NCBI GenBank assembly: GCA_031409275.1
Contig: JANNXA010000010.1
Location: 1,437-65,436 of the forward strand
Direction: 5' to 3'
Length of the DNA stretch: 64,000 nucleotides
Source of the DNA: Planctomycetota bacterium
Lineage (GTDB): Bacteria > Planctomycetota > B15-G4 > SIAN01
How positions within the stretch are numbered: position 1 is the first letter of the stretch; the number at the start of each line of letters is the position of its first letter. The notes beneath the pieces were generated by a model, which was not told the origin of the DNA, did no database searches, and saw only the letters and a program-made list of their open reading frames with translations. The position numbers and the translations under genes were made by a program. Shown here piece after piece: positions 36,633-47,038 of this stretch.

Positions 36633-37312
36633 TCCGACGCGGTTCGAGCCAGCACGCCCTCGACCCGCTCGCAACTCACGATGCCGATGTCGCCGCGCAC
36701 GAAGATGCGGTCGAGCGGCCGTACTGGCTGGAACGCGGGGAAGGTCAACGGCGCGCGCAACGTGCTGCGGAAGCCGGCCGGCTGGAGCACCGACGGCCCG
36801 AGCCGCTGCCAGACATCGTTCAAGTCGCCCGCCAGGACCACGTGCTCGTCGCTGCCGTGGTGTTCGTCGAGGAACCGCAGCACGCGGCGCAGCTGTTGTC
36901 GGCGCTCCGCTTCGGCGAGTCCGAGGTGGCAGTTGAAGACCCAAAGGCCCTGCTTCAGTCCCGCGCACGGAATTCTCACGTGCAGCGCCGAGCGGCGCTT
37001 GTGCAGCGGCAGCGTCAGGCTCAGGTTGTGCGCCGCTCGAAACGGCAATCGCGACAGGATCGCGTTGCCGTAGCGCCCGACGTTCAGATGGTGGTTGGGC
37101 TCGAACGCCCGCCACTCCATCCCGAGCGCGTCACCGATCAGGTCGACCTGGCGATCGAGGCGCGAGCGACGCGCCCCCTCGTCGACTTCCTGCAGCAGGC
37201 AGACGTCGGCATCGATCGCGCGCAATTGCTCGATGATGCGCTCCGGCCGGTAGAGCCGGTCGATGCCGCCGATCCCCTTGTGGATGTTCCAGCTCGCGAG
37301 GCGAAGGCGCAT
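36596..37312 (-). CDS. Endonuclease/exonuclease/phosphatase (EEP) family protein
   Basis: LASWNIHKG, DVCLLQEVD, GNAILSR, VLAGDLN, and SDHRPLVVEL at the C-terminus. Confidence 0.88.
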   Translation of the reverse strand: MRLRLASWNIHKGIGGIDRLYRPERIIEQLRAIDADVCLLQEVDEGARRSRLDRQVDLIGDALGMEWRAFEPNHHLNVGRYGNAILSRLPFRAAHNLSLTLPLHKRRSALHVRIPCAGLKQGLWVFNCHLGLAEAERRQQLRRVLRFLDEHHGSDEHVVLAGDLNDVWQRLGPSVLQPAGFRSTLRAPLTFPAFQPVRPLDRIFVRGDIGIVSCERVEGVLARTASDHRPLVVELSLP

Positions 37313-37334
37313 GCGATCGTCGATCGGGCGCCGA

Positions 37335-37736
37335 TCAGGCCGGAACGCGGCCGATGCCGTCGGCAGCGATCGGCAACGTCACCCGTCGACCGCTCTTGGC
37401 GATCGAGGAGTTGCGCACGATCGCCTCGAGCACTTCGACGTAGTCGAGGAAGCGCTTGCGACCGCCGCGCGAGAAGGCGATCCACGTCGTCGGACGCCCG
37501 CCTTCCTTCTCTTCGCGCTCGAGCGTGATGATCCCCGCCTCTTCGAGCGCCTTCAGGTGACGACTGAGGTTGCCGTCCGTGAGGTCGCAGAGTTCCTTCA
37601 GCTCGGCGAAGGCGACCGGACCGCGGCCGGCGATGAGGCAGGAGAGGATGCCAAGCCGCGCCCGCTCGTGGAGCACGCGATCGAGCTCGGGATAGGCGAA
37701 GCGCCCCTTGGTGTCGGTGTCGCGTGGAGCGCTCAT
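37335..37736 (-). CDS. Winged-helix transcriptional regulator (ArsR/MarR-like)
   Basis: HERARLGILSCL...FAELKELCDLTDGNLSRHLKALEEAGII is an HTH plus wing pattern. Confidence 0.8.
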   Translation of the reverse strand: MSAPRDTDTKGRFAYPELDRVLHERARLGILSCLIAGRGPVAFAELKELCDLTDGNLSRHLKALEEAGIITLEREEKEGGRPTTWIAFSRGGRKRFLDYVEVLEAIVRNSSIAKSGRRVTLPIAADGIGRVPA

Positions 37737-38344
37737 GCGCGCGCCTCCTCTTCACGCCCTGCTCCGCGCGAGAGGACCCACGCGAGCGCCAGCTGCCCGA
37801 CGCAGAAGACCGCGGCCATGACGTTCGCGCGTAACGCGGTCGTCGCCGGAAGGAGCAGCAGCGTCGCCGCACCCGCGGCCACGTAGGCGAGCCCGATCCA
37901 AGCGCAGCCGCGGGGAACGTGCCGTCGCGACGAGAGCACGCCGCCGCCGTAGACCACCATCCAGGCGCCTGGCAGCAGATCGAGCTGTCCACGCGCGACG
38001 AACGCGACCGTGAGGACGAAGCCGGCGACGATCGCCGGCATCAGGTCGAGCAACGCCGCGAACGCGAGGCTGCGCTCCCACTGGCGGGGCGAAGCTCCGT
38101 ACGTGCGCGCGATGACCGCGACGTTCATCGCGAAGCTGACCGCAGCCGTGACGACCCACAACCCCACGAACGCGAGCGGGCCGGGCACCATCGAATACTG
38201 GAGCGCCCCCGCCACCAGCGCGAGAGCACCCGACCAGGCGACCGGCGCCGCGCGGTAGCCGTCGAAGGCTCCGCTGCGCGCCAGCATGCGGCGAATCTCG
38301 AAGAGGTCGCTGCGAGCGACCTGTCCGCGGGCGGCGTCGTTCAT
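37733..38344 (-). CDS. Hypothetical polytopic membrane protein
   Basis: Five to six hydrophobic segments. It has 4-nt overlaps with both uppS (upstream) and the wHTH regulator (downstream). Confidence 0.65.
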   Translation of the reverse strand: MNDAARGQVARSDLFEIRRMLARSGAFDGYRAAPVAWSGALALVAGALQYSMVPGPLAFVGLWVVTAAVSFAMNVAVIARTYGASPRQWERSLAFAALLDLMPAIVAGFVLTVAFVARGQLDLLPGAWMVVYGGGVLSSRRHVPRGCAWIGLAYVAAGAATLLLLPATTALRANVMAAVFCVGQLALAWVLSRGAGREEEARA

Positions 38345-39162
38345 TGGATTTTGCTCCGCAGCAATTCGACCGGTGCGTGCGTGCTGCGCCGCAGGTCAGA
38401 CTCGGTCTTGTCGTCGACACGGCCGAAGCGGCGGCGGCGGCGGGCGAACTCGCGGCACGCCGCCTCGAGTCCCGCTTCGTCGAAGTCGGGCCACAACGTC
38501 GGCAGGAACAGCAGCTCGGCGTAGGCGAGCTGCCAGGGCAGGAAGTTGGAGATGCGCGCTTCCCCGCCCGTTCGGATCAGCAGGTCGACCGGCGGAACCG
38601 CCGCCGACGGCAGCATCTGCTGCAGTTGCTCCGGCGTGAACGGCGTCGGCGGCAAGGTCCCGTCGCGCGCGCCACGGCGAACGCGCTCGGCGAGTTCGGT
38701 CAGGTCCCACCAGCCACCGTAGTCGAGCGCGAGACACAGCGTCATGCGCGTACCGCCGGCCGTGTCGCGCGCGACGCGATCGAGTTCCTCGCGGGCGCTC
38801 TCCGGCATGCGATCACGTCGGCCGATCGAGGTGAGGCGAATCCCCTGCTTCTGGCACTTGGGCCCGCGCCGCTTGAGGTCGCGCACCAGCAACTTCCAGA
38901 GGGTGTCGACCTCTTTCTGGGGCCGCTGCCAGTTCTCCGTCGAGAACGCATAGAGCGTGAGCGACTGGATCCCGATCCGTGCCGCCGCCTCGGTGACGCG
39001 GTCGACCGAGATGGCGCCGGCGCGATGGCCCGCCGCGCGCGGGAGCCCCCGCTGCTGGGCCCAGCGGCCGTTGCCGTCCATGATCACGGCCACCGAGCGC
39101 GGGATCGCCTCGGGCGAGATCGCGGAACCGGGACGATTGGAGTCAGCGGTCGATTCAGCCAT
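38341..39162 (-). CDS. uppS: Undecaprenyl diphosphate synthase (cis-prenyltransferase)
   Basis: VAVIMDGNGRWA, GHRAG, LTLYAFSTENWQRP, and RTGGEARISNFLPWQLAYAEL. Confidence 0.92.
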   Translation of the reverse strand: MAESTADSNRPGSAISPEAIPRSVAVIMDGNGRWAQQRGLPRAAGHRAGAISVDRVTEAAARIGIQSLTLYAFSTENWQRPQKEVDTLWKLLVRDLKRRGPKCQKQGIRLTSIGRRDRMPESAREELDRVARDTAGGTRMTLCLALDYGGWWDLTELAERVRRGARDGTLPPTPFTPEQLQQMLPSAAVPPVDLLIRTGGEARISNFLPWQLAYAELLFLPTLWPDFDEAGLEAACREFARRRRRFGRVDDKTESDLRRSTHAPVELLRSKIQ

Positions 39163-39299
39163 GAGCGGTCCAAGGTGGGCGGCGCCCTTCGCGGCGGCGC
39201 AGTTTCACTTTGCGTGGCAAAGTATCACCGATTGACCACCACGTCGTCAAGCGGCTGCTCGATCGGGGGCCGCGGCGAGTCGCCGGCCGGAACGACCCT

Positions 39300-40166
39300 C
39301 TATCCCCCGCCGCCTTCGTTGCCCGCCTCTTCCTCATCGCGCCAGTAGCTCTCTTCGGCGCTGGGAAAAGCGCGCCCCTTGACGTCCGCGGTGTAGCGGC
39401 GGAAGGCATCCTGCATCGCGACCCCGAGCTCAGCGTAGCGGCGGACGAAACGCGGGCGGAATCGAGTGAACAGTCCGAGCAGATCGTGGGACACGAGGAT
39501 CTGGCCGTCGCAATCGGGGCCCGCACCGATGCCGATCGTCGGGATGCGCAGCGCCGCGGTGACTTCGCGCGCCAGCTCGACGGGGATCTTCTCGAGGACG
39601 ACCCCGAACGCGCCCGCGTCCTGCAACGCCCGCGCATCGCGCAGGATCTGCTCGGCCTCGCCGGTCTCGACGCCACGAGTGCGATACGTACCGAACTTGT
39701 GGATCGACTGCGGGGTCAGGCCAAGGTGCCCCATGACCGGGATTCCGGCGTCGACGATGCGGCGCACGGTCGGGCAGATGATCTCGCCGCCCTCGAGCTT
39801 CACCGCCTCGACGAGCGCCTCTTTCATGAAGGCGCCGGCATTGCGCAGCGCCTCCTCGACGCTCGCCTGGTACGACATGAACGGCAGGTCGCCGATCACC
39901 AGCGCGCGCTTGGCCGCCCGCGCCACGACGCTCGCGTGGTAGAGCATCTGCGGCATCGTCATCGAGATCGTCGTGTCCTGACCGGCGAAGACCATGCCGG
40001 CCGAGTCACCGACGAGGATCACGTCGATCCCCGACTCGTCGAGCACGCGCGCCATCAGCCAGTCGTAGGCCGTGAGCGCCGCGATGCGCTCGCCTTGCGC
40101 CTTCATCTCCTGCAGGCGCAAGGTGGTGACCTTGCGGCGGGGCGGCAGCTTCGGCGAGTTGCTCAT
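39300..40166 (-). CDS. panB: 3-methyl-2-oxobutanoate hydroxymethyltransferase
   Basis: [45 protein letters not shown]. Confidence 0.93.
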   Translation of the reverse strand: MSNSPKLPPRRKVTTLRLQEMKAQGERIAALTAYDWLMARVLDESGIDVILVGDSAGMVFAGQDTTISMTMPQMLYHASVVARAAKRALVIGDLPFMSYQASVEEALRNAGAFMKEALVEAVKLEGGEIICPTVRRIVDAGIPVMGHLGLTPQSIHKFGTYRTRGVETGEAEQILRDARALQDAGAFGVVLEKIPVELAREVTAALRIPTIGIGAGPDCDGQILVSHDLLGLFTRFRPRFVRRYAELGVAMQDAFRRYTADVKGRAFPSAEESYWRDEEEAGNEGGGG

Positions 40167-40194
40167 GCGATGGCGTCATGCCCTTTCAGGCGAT

Positions 40195-41556
40195 TCAAGT
40201 CCGGTAGACGGTCAGGCTCGCAGGGGAGTAGCCCCACGAGCCCCCTTCCCACAGCGCGCGCGTCGCGAGATCGACGATCACCATCACCTGGGTCGCCAGC
40301 TCGACCGGCGACTGGGGCGCCGCACGCGTGCGCATGCACTGCAGCCAGTTGAGTCGGAGCAGGTCCTGGTCGGGCACCTTCTCGTACTTCGCGGACTGCT
40401 CTTCGACGACGTCCTGGTAGGTCGGCTCCGGCTTCAGGTCGCAGCCGGTCCCGCTCAGCAGCAGGTTGGCCTTGTGGCCGCGGATGACCTCATCGACCTC
40501 GAGCGCGTTGCACGTCGAGCCGAGCACCTCCATGGTGTGCTCCTTCTCGAACTGCACCAGCAACTGCACCTGGTCGTGGTTCTCCATCTGCTTGTCGACG
40601 TAGTGGCCGCCGATCGCGCTGACGCGCACGGGCCACCCCGGATCGATGGCCTGCACGAGCGGCGTGATCTGGTGGACCAGCAGATCCCCGATGATCCCGG
40701 TCGACCAGCGTCGATAGCGGCGCCAGCGGTGGTAGACGACGGTGTCGAAGGGCTGCGGTCCGAGCGGCCCGCACCACGCCTCCCAATCGAGCGCTTCGCC
40801 CGGCTGGACGCGCTCGTCGATGGCGTAGTAGTTCCACTCGCCCGCCTTCGAGTTGCGGCAGTAGCCCGTCTGGCTCGAGACCGGGTGGCCGATCGCCCCT
40901 TCGGCGATGAGGCGCCGTGCCTCGGCGTACTTGGGCTTCATCACGTACTGCGTGCCGATCTGGACGATGCGATCGCTGCCGCGCTGCTCTCGCCACAGGT
41001 CGAACGCCTGCTCGAGCCGCAGCGTCATCGGCTTCTCGACGTAGACGTCCTTGCCCGCGCGCAGCGCCTCGATGGCCATCTGCGAGTGCCAATGCTCTGG
41101 CGAGGCGATCAGGACGCCCTGCAGATCCGGGTGACGCAGCAGTTCGCGGTAGTCGCGATAGCCCTTCACGTCGAACGGCTGGCCATTCTCGCCCTGCTCG
41201 CGCGCGCAAAGTTCGACGGCCTCGTCGAGCCGCGGCTTGCAGACGTCGGCCACCGCGACCACGCGGACGTTCTCCTTGCCTTCCTTGTGGAAGGCGAGGA
41301 AACGCTCGCAGTGGTGCTTGCCCATGCCGCCGACGCCGATCACTCCGATCTTCAACTGCGGCTCCGGCCGCGGCGGCGGAGCAGGCGGCGCGGGCGTCTC
41401 CGGCTGCGGCGCAGGCGGCGTCTCCTGCGCCCGAGCCCCGCGCGAAAGCGAGAGCAACGACGCCGCGGCAGCGCTCGATCCGAGCAGGAAATCGCGACGC
41501 GACGGCGTCGGCAGACTCGGACGAGGAAGCGGATCGCGGGTCGAGCGAGGGTTCAT
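40195..41556 (-). CDS. Gfo/Idh/MocA family oxidoreductase with Tat signal
   Basis: ATG 41556. SRRDFLLGSSAAAASLL twin-arginine signal and a KIGVIGVGGMGKHH Rossmann motif. Confidence 0.88.
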   Translation of the reverse strand: MNPRSTRDPLPRPSLPTPSRRDFLLGSSAAAASLLSLSRGARAQETPPAPQPETPAPPAPPPRPEPQLKIGVIGVGGMGKHHCERFLAFHKEGKENVRVVAVADVCKPRLDEAVELCAREQGENGQPFDVKGYRDYRELLRHPDLQGVLIASPEHWHSQMAIEALRAGKDVYVEKPMTLRLEQAFDLWREQRGSDRIVQIGTQYVMKPKYAEARRLIAEGAIGHPVSSQTGYCRNSKAGEWNYYAIDERVQPGEALDWEAWCGPLGPQPFDTVVYHRWRRYRRWSTGIIGDLLVHQITPLVQAIDPGWPVRVSAIGGHYVDKQMENHDQVQLLVQFEKEHTMEVLGSTCNALEVDEVIRGHKANLLLSGTGCDLKPEPTYQDVVEEQSAKYEKVPDQDLLRLNWLQCMRTRAAPQSPVELATQVMVIVDLATRALWEGGSWGYSPASLTVYRT

Positions 41557-41650
41557 CGCTGGGATCGCCTTGGCGCCGTAGCAGTAGAGCGGCGTGGGCG
41601 ATGACCATAAGGAATGGCCGCCGCAGCCGATACGGCGCCTCCGTCGGGGG

Positions 41651-42241
41651 TCATGCCGGCCGGTACGCGCGCCCGGCGCCGCCTTCGGGCGGGAGCACGA
41701 CCAACGCTCGCAATCGTCGGCGCGCACGCGACAACCGTTGCTTGACACCGTCGCGCGAGATCCCGGTTCGCTCCGCGAGTTCCTGGCAGCTCAGTCCGAT
41801 GTAGTGGTGACCGATCAGCAAGGCGCGATCGCCGGCGCGCAGCCGCGCGAGCGCGTGGCGGAGCCCCTCGCTCCAGGTCGCGCGCTCGAGAATCGCCTCC
41901 TCCGCTTCGAGGCGCGAGGTCTCGGCGACCAGCATCCCGGGCGCTTCGGCGACATCGGTGAGCTCGACCACCATGCCCTCGCGCCGGCGCGCGCGACGTC
42001 GGTGCCAGTCGAGCGCCACGTGCCACGCGATCCGCATCAACCACGCCGACGCCGCCTGCGGCTCGCGCAGTTTCGCGGCCTGCACCACACCGCGCAGCAG
42101 CGTCTCCTGGGTGAGGTCCTCGGCCACGTGATGGTCGCGCACTCGCGCGATGAGGAAGCGGAGGATCTGCGGACGCAGCGGCATGAATGCGTTGGCGGCG
42201 ATCTCCCAACCGGTACGGTCGGTCCGCAGTTGATGGTCCAT
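41651..42241 (-). CDS. ECF-type RNA polymerase sigma-70 factor
   Basis: Region 2 (AEDLTQETLLRGV...AWLMRIAWHVALDWHRRR) and region 4 (LIGHHYIGLSCQELAERTGISRDGVKQRLSRARRRL). ATG 42241 with GGAG upstream. Confidence 0.85.
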   Translation of the reverse strand: MDHQLRTDRTGWEIAANAFMPLRPQILRFLIARVRDHHVAEDLTQETLLRGVVQAAKLREPQAASAWLMRIAWHVALDWHRRRARRREGMVVELTDVAEAPGMLVAETSRLEAEEAILERATWSEGLRHALARLRAGDRALLIGHHYIGLSCQELAERTGISRDGVKQRLSRARRRLRALVVLPPEGGAGRAYRPA

Positions 42242-42299
42242 CGAGGTCGCTCCGGAGCGCTTGGGCGGCGACTCCATCAACGACGCCGCGCGCCTCCGT

Positions 42300-42944
42300 T
42301 CACTTCGAAACTCGCAGCGCCCTTCGGATCGAGCTCGCGGCCGCCTCTGGATCCGCTGCCAGCAGCAGCGCCGAGGAGACGGCGACGCGACGAATTCCCT
42401 GCGCCACCAGCGAGGCGACGTTGTCGGGAGTGATGCCGCCGATCGCGAACAGGGGCCGCGTCGCCGACGCCGCAGCGGCGGCCAGCTCGGCGCGGGCAAG
42501 GACGCGATGATCGCGCTTCGTGGTCGTCACGAAACAGGCGCCGAGGCCGAAGTGGGTCGCGCTGCTCTCCTGCCCCGCCACGAGCTCGGCTTGCGAGTGA
42601 GTGGAAAGACCGATCCACGCTGTCGGGCCGAGCCGTGCGCGTGCCGACCCGACTGGCAGATCGCCCTGCCCGAGGTGGACCCCCACCACGGTCTCGCCCA
42701 GCGCGACCGCGGCGTCCACATCGTCGTTCATCAGCAGCGGAACGCCGCGCGGTTCGGTGATCTCCGCGACCGCACGCGCAAAGTCGATTCGCCCCGCCGT
42801 CGAAACCTCCTTCGCGCGGAGCTGCACGAGATCAACGCCACCCGCTAGCGCGCTTCGCAGCGCTCGCTCCCACGGGACCGACGGGTCGCTCGGATCGAGG
42901 AGGAGCTGAAGGTAGCACCCATCGATCGATATCCGCACTTTCAT
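42300..42944 (-). CDS. thiE: Thiamine-phosphate synthase
   Basis: VQLRAKE, GVHLGQGDLP, IGLSTHS, FVTTTK, FAIGGITPDN. Confidence 0.85.
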   Translation of the reverse strand: MKVRISIDGCYLQLLLDPSDPSVPWERALRSALAGGVDLVQLRAKEVSTAGRIDFARAVAEITEPRGVPLLMNDDVDAAVALGETVVGVHLGQGDLPVGSARARLGPTAWIGLSTHSQAELVAGQESSATHFGLGACFVTTTKRDHRVLARAELAAAAASATRPLFAIGGITPDNVASLVAQGIRRVAVSSALLLAADPEAAASSIRRALRVSK

Positions 42945-43218
42945 GGCACCCCCGCTCGCCTCGCGGACCGAAACTCACCGACCACGGAAAAGTTCGGATT
43001 CAGCTACACGCTACCGTCGATCGCGGCAGCCGCCGGCGCCCACCCTGGGGCCTGCCAATTTGACGCAACGCGATCGGCCAGTTTCGTCGCCGAGGACACT
43101 TTGTCCGTGCCGCGGGCCGCAGTCGGCATCGCCGCGGTGGCACCAAGTTTGCCAACACCGATGAAGACGCTTCGGGAAGCGCTGTATCGCTGGCCGACAC
43201 TCTCCAGCGGTCTTCCAC

Positions 43219-43644
43219 ATGGAACTGCAAGCAAACGACAAGCTTCGACTACTCGTCGCCGACGACGATCAGAACCTTCGTGAAGCGCTGGGTGAGTTCT
43301 TCGCCCGTGAAGGCTTCGCAGTGGAACTGGCGGCGTCGGGACTCGAAGCCATCGACTTGTTGCAGCGGCGACTCTTCGACGTGTCGGTCCTGGATGGCCA
43401 CATGCCTGGCCTGACAGGACCGCAGGTGCTGCGCCGGCTGCTCGCCGACCGCGGTCTGGCGGCCATCCCGCCGACCGTCCTCGTCTCCTCGGATGTCGCC
43501 ATCGAGACGTGGGTACGCGAGCAGTTCGGCGCGCGCGACGGCGTGCCGTCGACGGTCGGCTTCTTGAGCAAGCCGATTCGCCTCGACGCACTTCGTCGCT
43601 CGATCCAGCTCCTGCTTGGTCGGCCGCCCGCGGCGCAGCGCTGA
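43219..43644 (+). CDS. Single-domain response regulator (CheY-like receiver)
   Basis: LLVADDD, VSVLDGHMPGLTG (phospho-acceptor Asp), and LSKP (conserved Lys). There is no output domain. Confidence 0.85.
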   Translation: MELQANDKLRLLVADDDQNLREALGEFFAREGFAVELAASGLEAIDLLQRRLFDVSVLDGHMPGLTGPQVLRRLLADRGLAAIPPTVLVSSDVAIETWVREQFGARDGVPSTVGFLSKPIRLDALRRSIQLLLGRPPAAQR

Positions 43645-43798
43645 GCGCTCGTCCGCTGGAGGTCGTGTTGCCTGGCACTGCCGCGGCCCGCCCGCGCGAA
43701 TCGCGCGATCGGCGCCGTTGTTTGGTTCGAGATGGACGATTCCGAGAGCGGCGGGCGCGATGCGCCTCGCACGCCAGAAGAAGAGGAGAACGAAAGCG

Positions 43799-44119
43799 AT
43801 GGCGAAGACCGCGACCAAGTCCCCCGCCACCACCAAGGTCAAGCCGCTCGGCGAGAACGTCCTGGTGCGTCGGATCGAGGCTGAAGAGCGCACCGCGGGA
43901 GGCATCCTGCTGCCCGACTCCGCCAAGGAGAAGCCGAAGGAAGGCGTCGTCGTCGCCGTGGGCGACGGCAAGTTGCTCGACGACGGCAAGCGCGCAGCTT
44001 TCTCGGTTGCCACCGGCAACCGCGTCATCTTCTCGAGCCACGCCGGCAACGAGGTGAAGGTCGACGGGCAGGACTACCTGCTGATCGCCGAGCGCGACAT
44101 CCTCGCGATCGTCGAGTGA
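43799..44119 (+). CDS. groES: Co-chaperonin GroES
   Basis: VKPLGENVLVRRIEAEERTAGGILLPDSAKEKPKEGVVVAVGDG...YLLIAERDILAIVE. GAGGAG RBS. About 12 aa of N-terminal extension. Confidence 0.93.
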   Translation: MAKTATKSPATTKVKPLGENVLVRRIEAEERTAGGILLPDSAKEKPKEGVVVAVGDGKLLDDGKRAAFSVATGNRVIFSSHAGNEVKVDGQDYLLIAERDILAIVE

Positions 44120-44163
44120 CCCGCGCGCACCTCCCGAAAACCTGAAACGGAGATCCCCCAGCA

Positions 44164-45819
<1,656 letters not shown>

Positions 45820-45865
45820 GCCGCAACGGGGCGTCGAACGCGACGCCTCGACGATCGGAACTCTC

Positions 45866-45895
45866 GGGCCCGCGTCGGCAATCCGGCGCGGGCCC
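45866..45895. terminator. Strong hairpin between convergent groEL and the next gene
   Basis: GGGCCCGCGTCGG-CAAT-CCGGCGCGGGCCC is a 13-bp stem with one G-U and a tetraloop, followed by GTTCCGTTCTG on the + strand. Confidence 0.5.
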
Positions 45896-45913
45896 GTTCC
45901 GTTCTGCGGTCGC

Positions 45914-46315
45914 TCAGCCCGCGGCGCCCTCGGCGAACGCGTTCTTGCTCTTCGCCATCTGCACGCCCTGCTCGTAGTTGCGCTGCTCGCGCTCGAGCAC
46001 ATGGCGGTCGAGGAAGCCGAGTTCGACGATGCAGTCGGCCAGCGTCGGCGTTGCCGACTGCTGCTCGCGCAGCAGATCCTCGATCTGCTCGTCGGTCATC
46101 AGCCCTTCGCGCGTCGCGGCCTCGCCAAAGCGCAGCTTCAACTGCTCCGACAGGCTGATCACGCCGAGCACCTGGCCCCACGTGAGCCAGCCGCGATGGA
46201 CCGCGAGCTCACCGAGGTGCGGGCGGCTGCGGGCCTGGTTCTTCAGCACCTGCAGCACCGCACGCGGAGTCAGCAGTCGGCGCAGCACGAGGTATTCACC
46301 AAATCCGGTCGACAT
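45914..46315 (-). CDS. Small protein made of four MshEN/T2SSE_N-like 24-aa motifs
   Basis: ATG 46315 with GGAGA upstream. The four motifs are GFGEYLVLRRLLTPRAVLQVLKNQ, HLGELAVHRGWLTWGQVLGVISLS, RFGEAATREGLMTDEQIEDLLREQ and TLADCIVELGFLDRHVLEREQRNY, each separated by exactly 5 aa. Confidence 0.65.
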   Translation of the reverse strand: MSTGFGEYLVLRRLLTPRAVLQVLKNQARSRPHLGELAVHRGWLTWGQVLGVISLSEQLKLRFGEAATREGLMTDEQIEDLLREQQSATPTLADCIVELGFLDRHVLEREQRNYEQGVQMAKSKNAFAEGAAG

Positions 46316-46437
46316 CTCGATCTCCAGTGAGCCCTGCGCTCCGAAAAGAGTTCGGAGGGCCCGTCCCGGAGATCGGCACGATCGAGCGACGACTTGAGAA
46401 GAATCTTCCGACGCCCGAGGCGGGGCGGCGACCCCTC

Positions 46438-46872
46438 TCAGCTGCCCGCACCGCGGATGTACGCCGAGAGGTGCTCGACCTCGGCCTCGCGCTCGAGCAG
46501 ATCGGACTGCAGGAAGTCGCGCAGCGACAGGCAACCGAGCACCCGCCCGCCCTCGACCACCGGCAAATGGCGGCAGCGCTGCGATCGCAATCGCGCCTCG
46601 CACTCGGGGACGCTGTCGTCGAGCCCGCAGGTCACGATTTCACGCGTCATCACGTCGGCGACGCGTGTCCGATCGGGATCGCACCCTGCAGCGAGCACGC
46701 GGTAGACGAGGTCGCGCTCAGAGCAGAAGCCGACCGCGAGACCGTGCTCGACGACGGGTGCACCGCCGATGCGTTTCCAGCGCAGGAAGCGCGCGGCTTC
46801 GACGACTGAGATTTCGCTGGACAGGACAATGGGAGCCGGGCGATTTCGGAGAAGGTCACGGACGTACAGCAT
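46438..46872 (-). CDS. CBS-pair domain protein
   Basis: ATG 46872 with AAGGAGA upstream. Two CBS motifs (...IGGAPVVEHGLAVGFCSERDLV..., ...HLPVVEGGRVLGCLSLRDFL). Confidence 0.85.
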   Translation of the reverse strand: MLYVRDLLRNRPAPIVLSSEISVVEAARFLRWKRIGGAPVVEHGLAVGFCSERDLVYRVLAAGCDPDRTRVADVMTREIVTCGLDDSVPECEARLRSQRCRHLPVVEGGRVLGCLSLRDFLQSDLLEREAEVEHLSAYIRGAGS

Positions 46873-47038
46873 GCGCGTCTCCTTCCAACCCAGCTGCTTC
46901 GAATAGACCTCGTTTGCGATAGCGCAATTGTGCGGAAAAAGCTCTACCCCCACCATTCGCGACCTTCTTGGCCGCTCCCTACGATGCCGCGCCTTCGACC
47001 CTTCCCGCTGCTTGCCAGACGCTGGCGGAGCCTCGACC

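Noticed and set aside
42945-43218. TPP riboswitch upstream of thiE (minus strand)
   Set aside because: The reverse complement lacks the CUGAGA and ACCUGAUCUGGAUAAUGCCAGCG core elements, so I do not call a riboswitch.
43673-43687. Sigma54-type promoter (TGGCAC-N5-CGGC) upstream of groES
   Set aside because: Only the -24 half is convincing. The -12 element is CGGC rather than TTGC, and GG-N10-GC occurs by chance frequently at this GC content. It is mentioned in a finding but not annotated.
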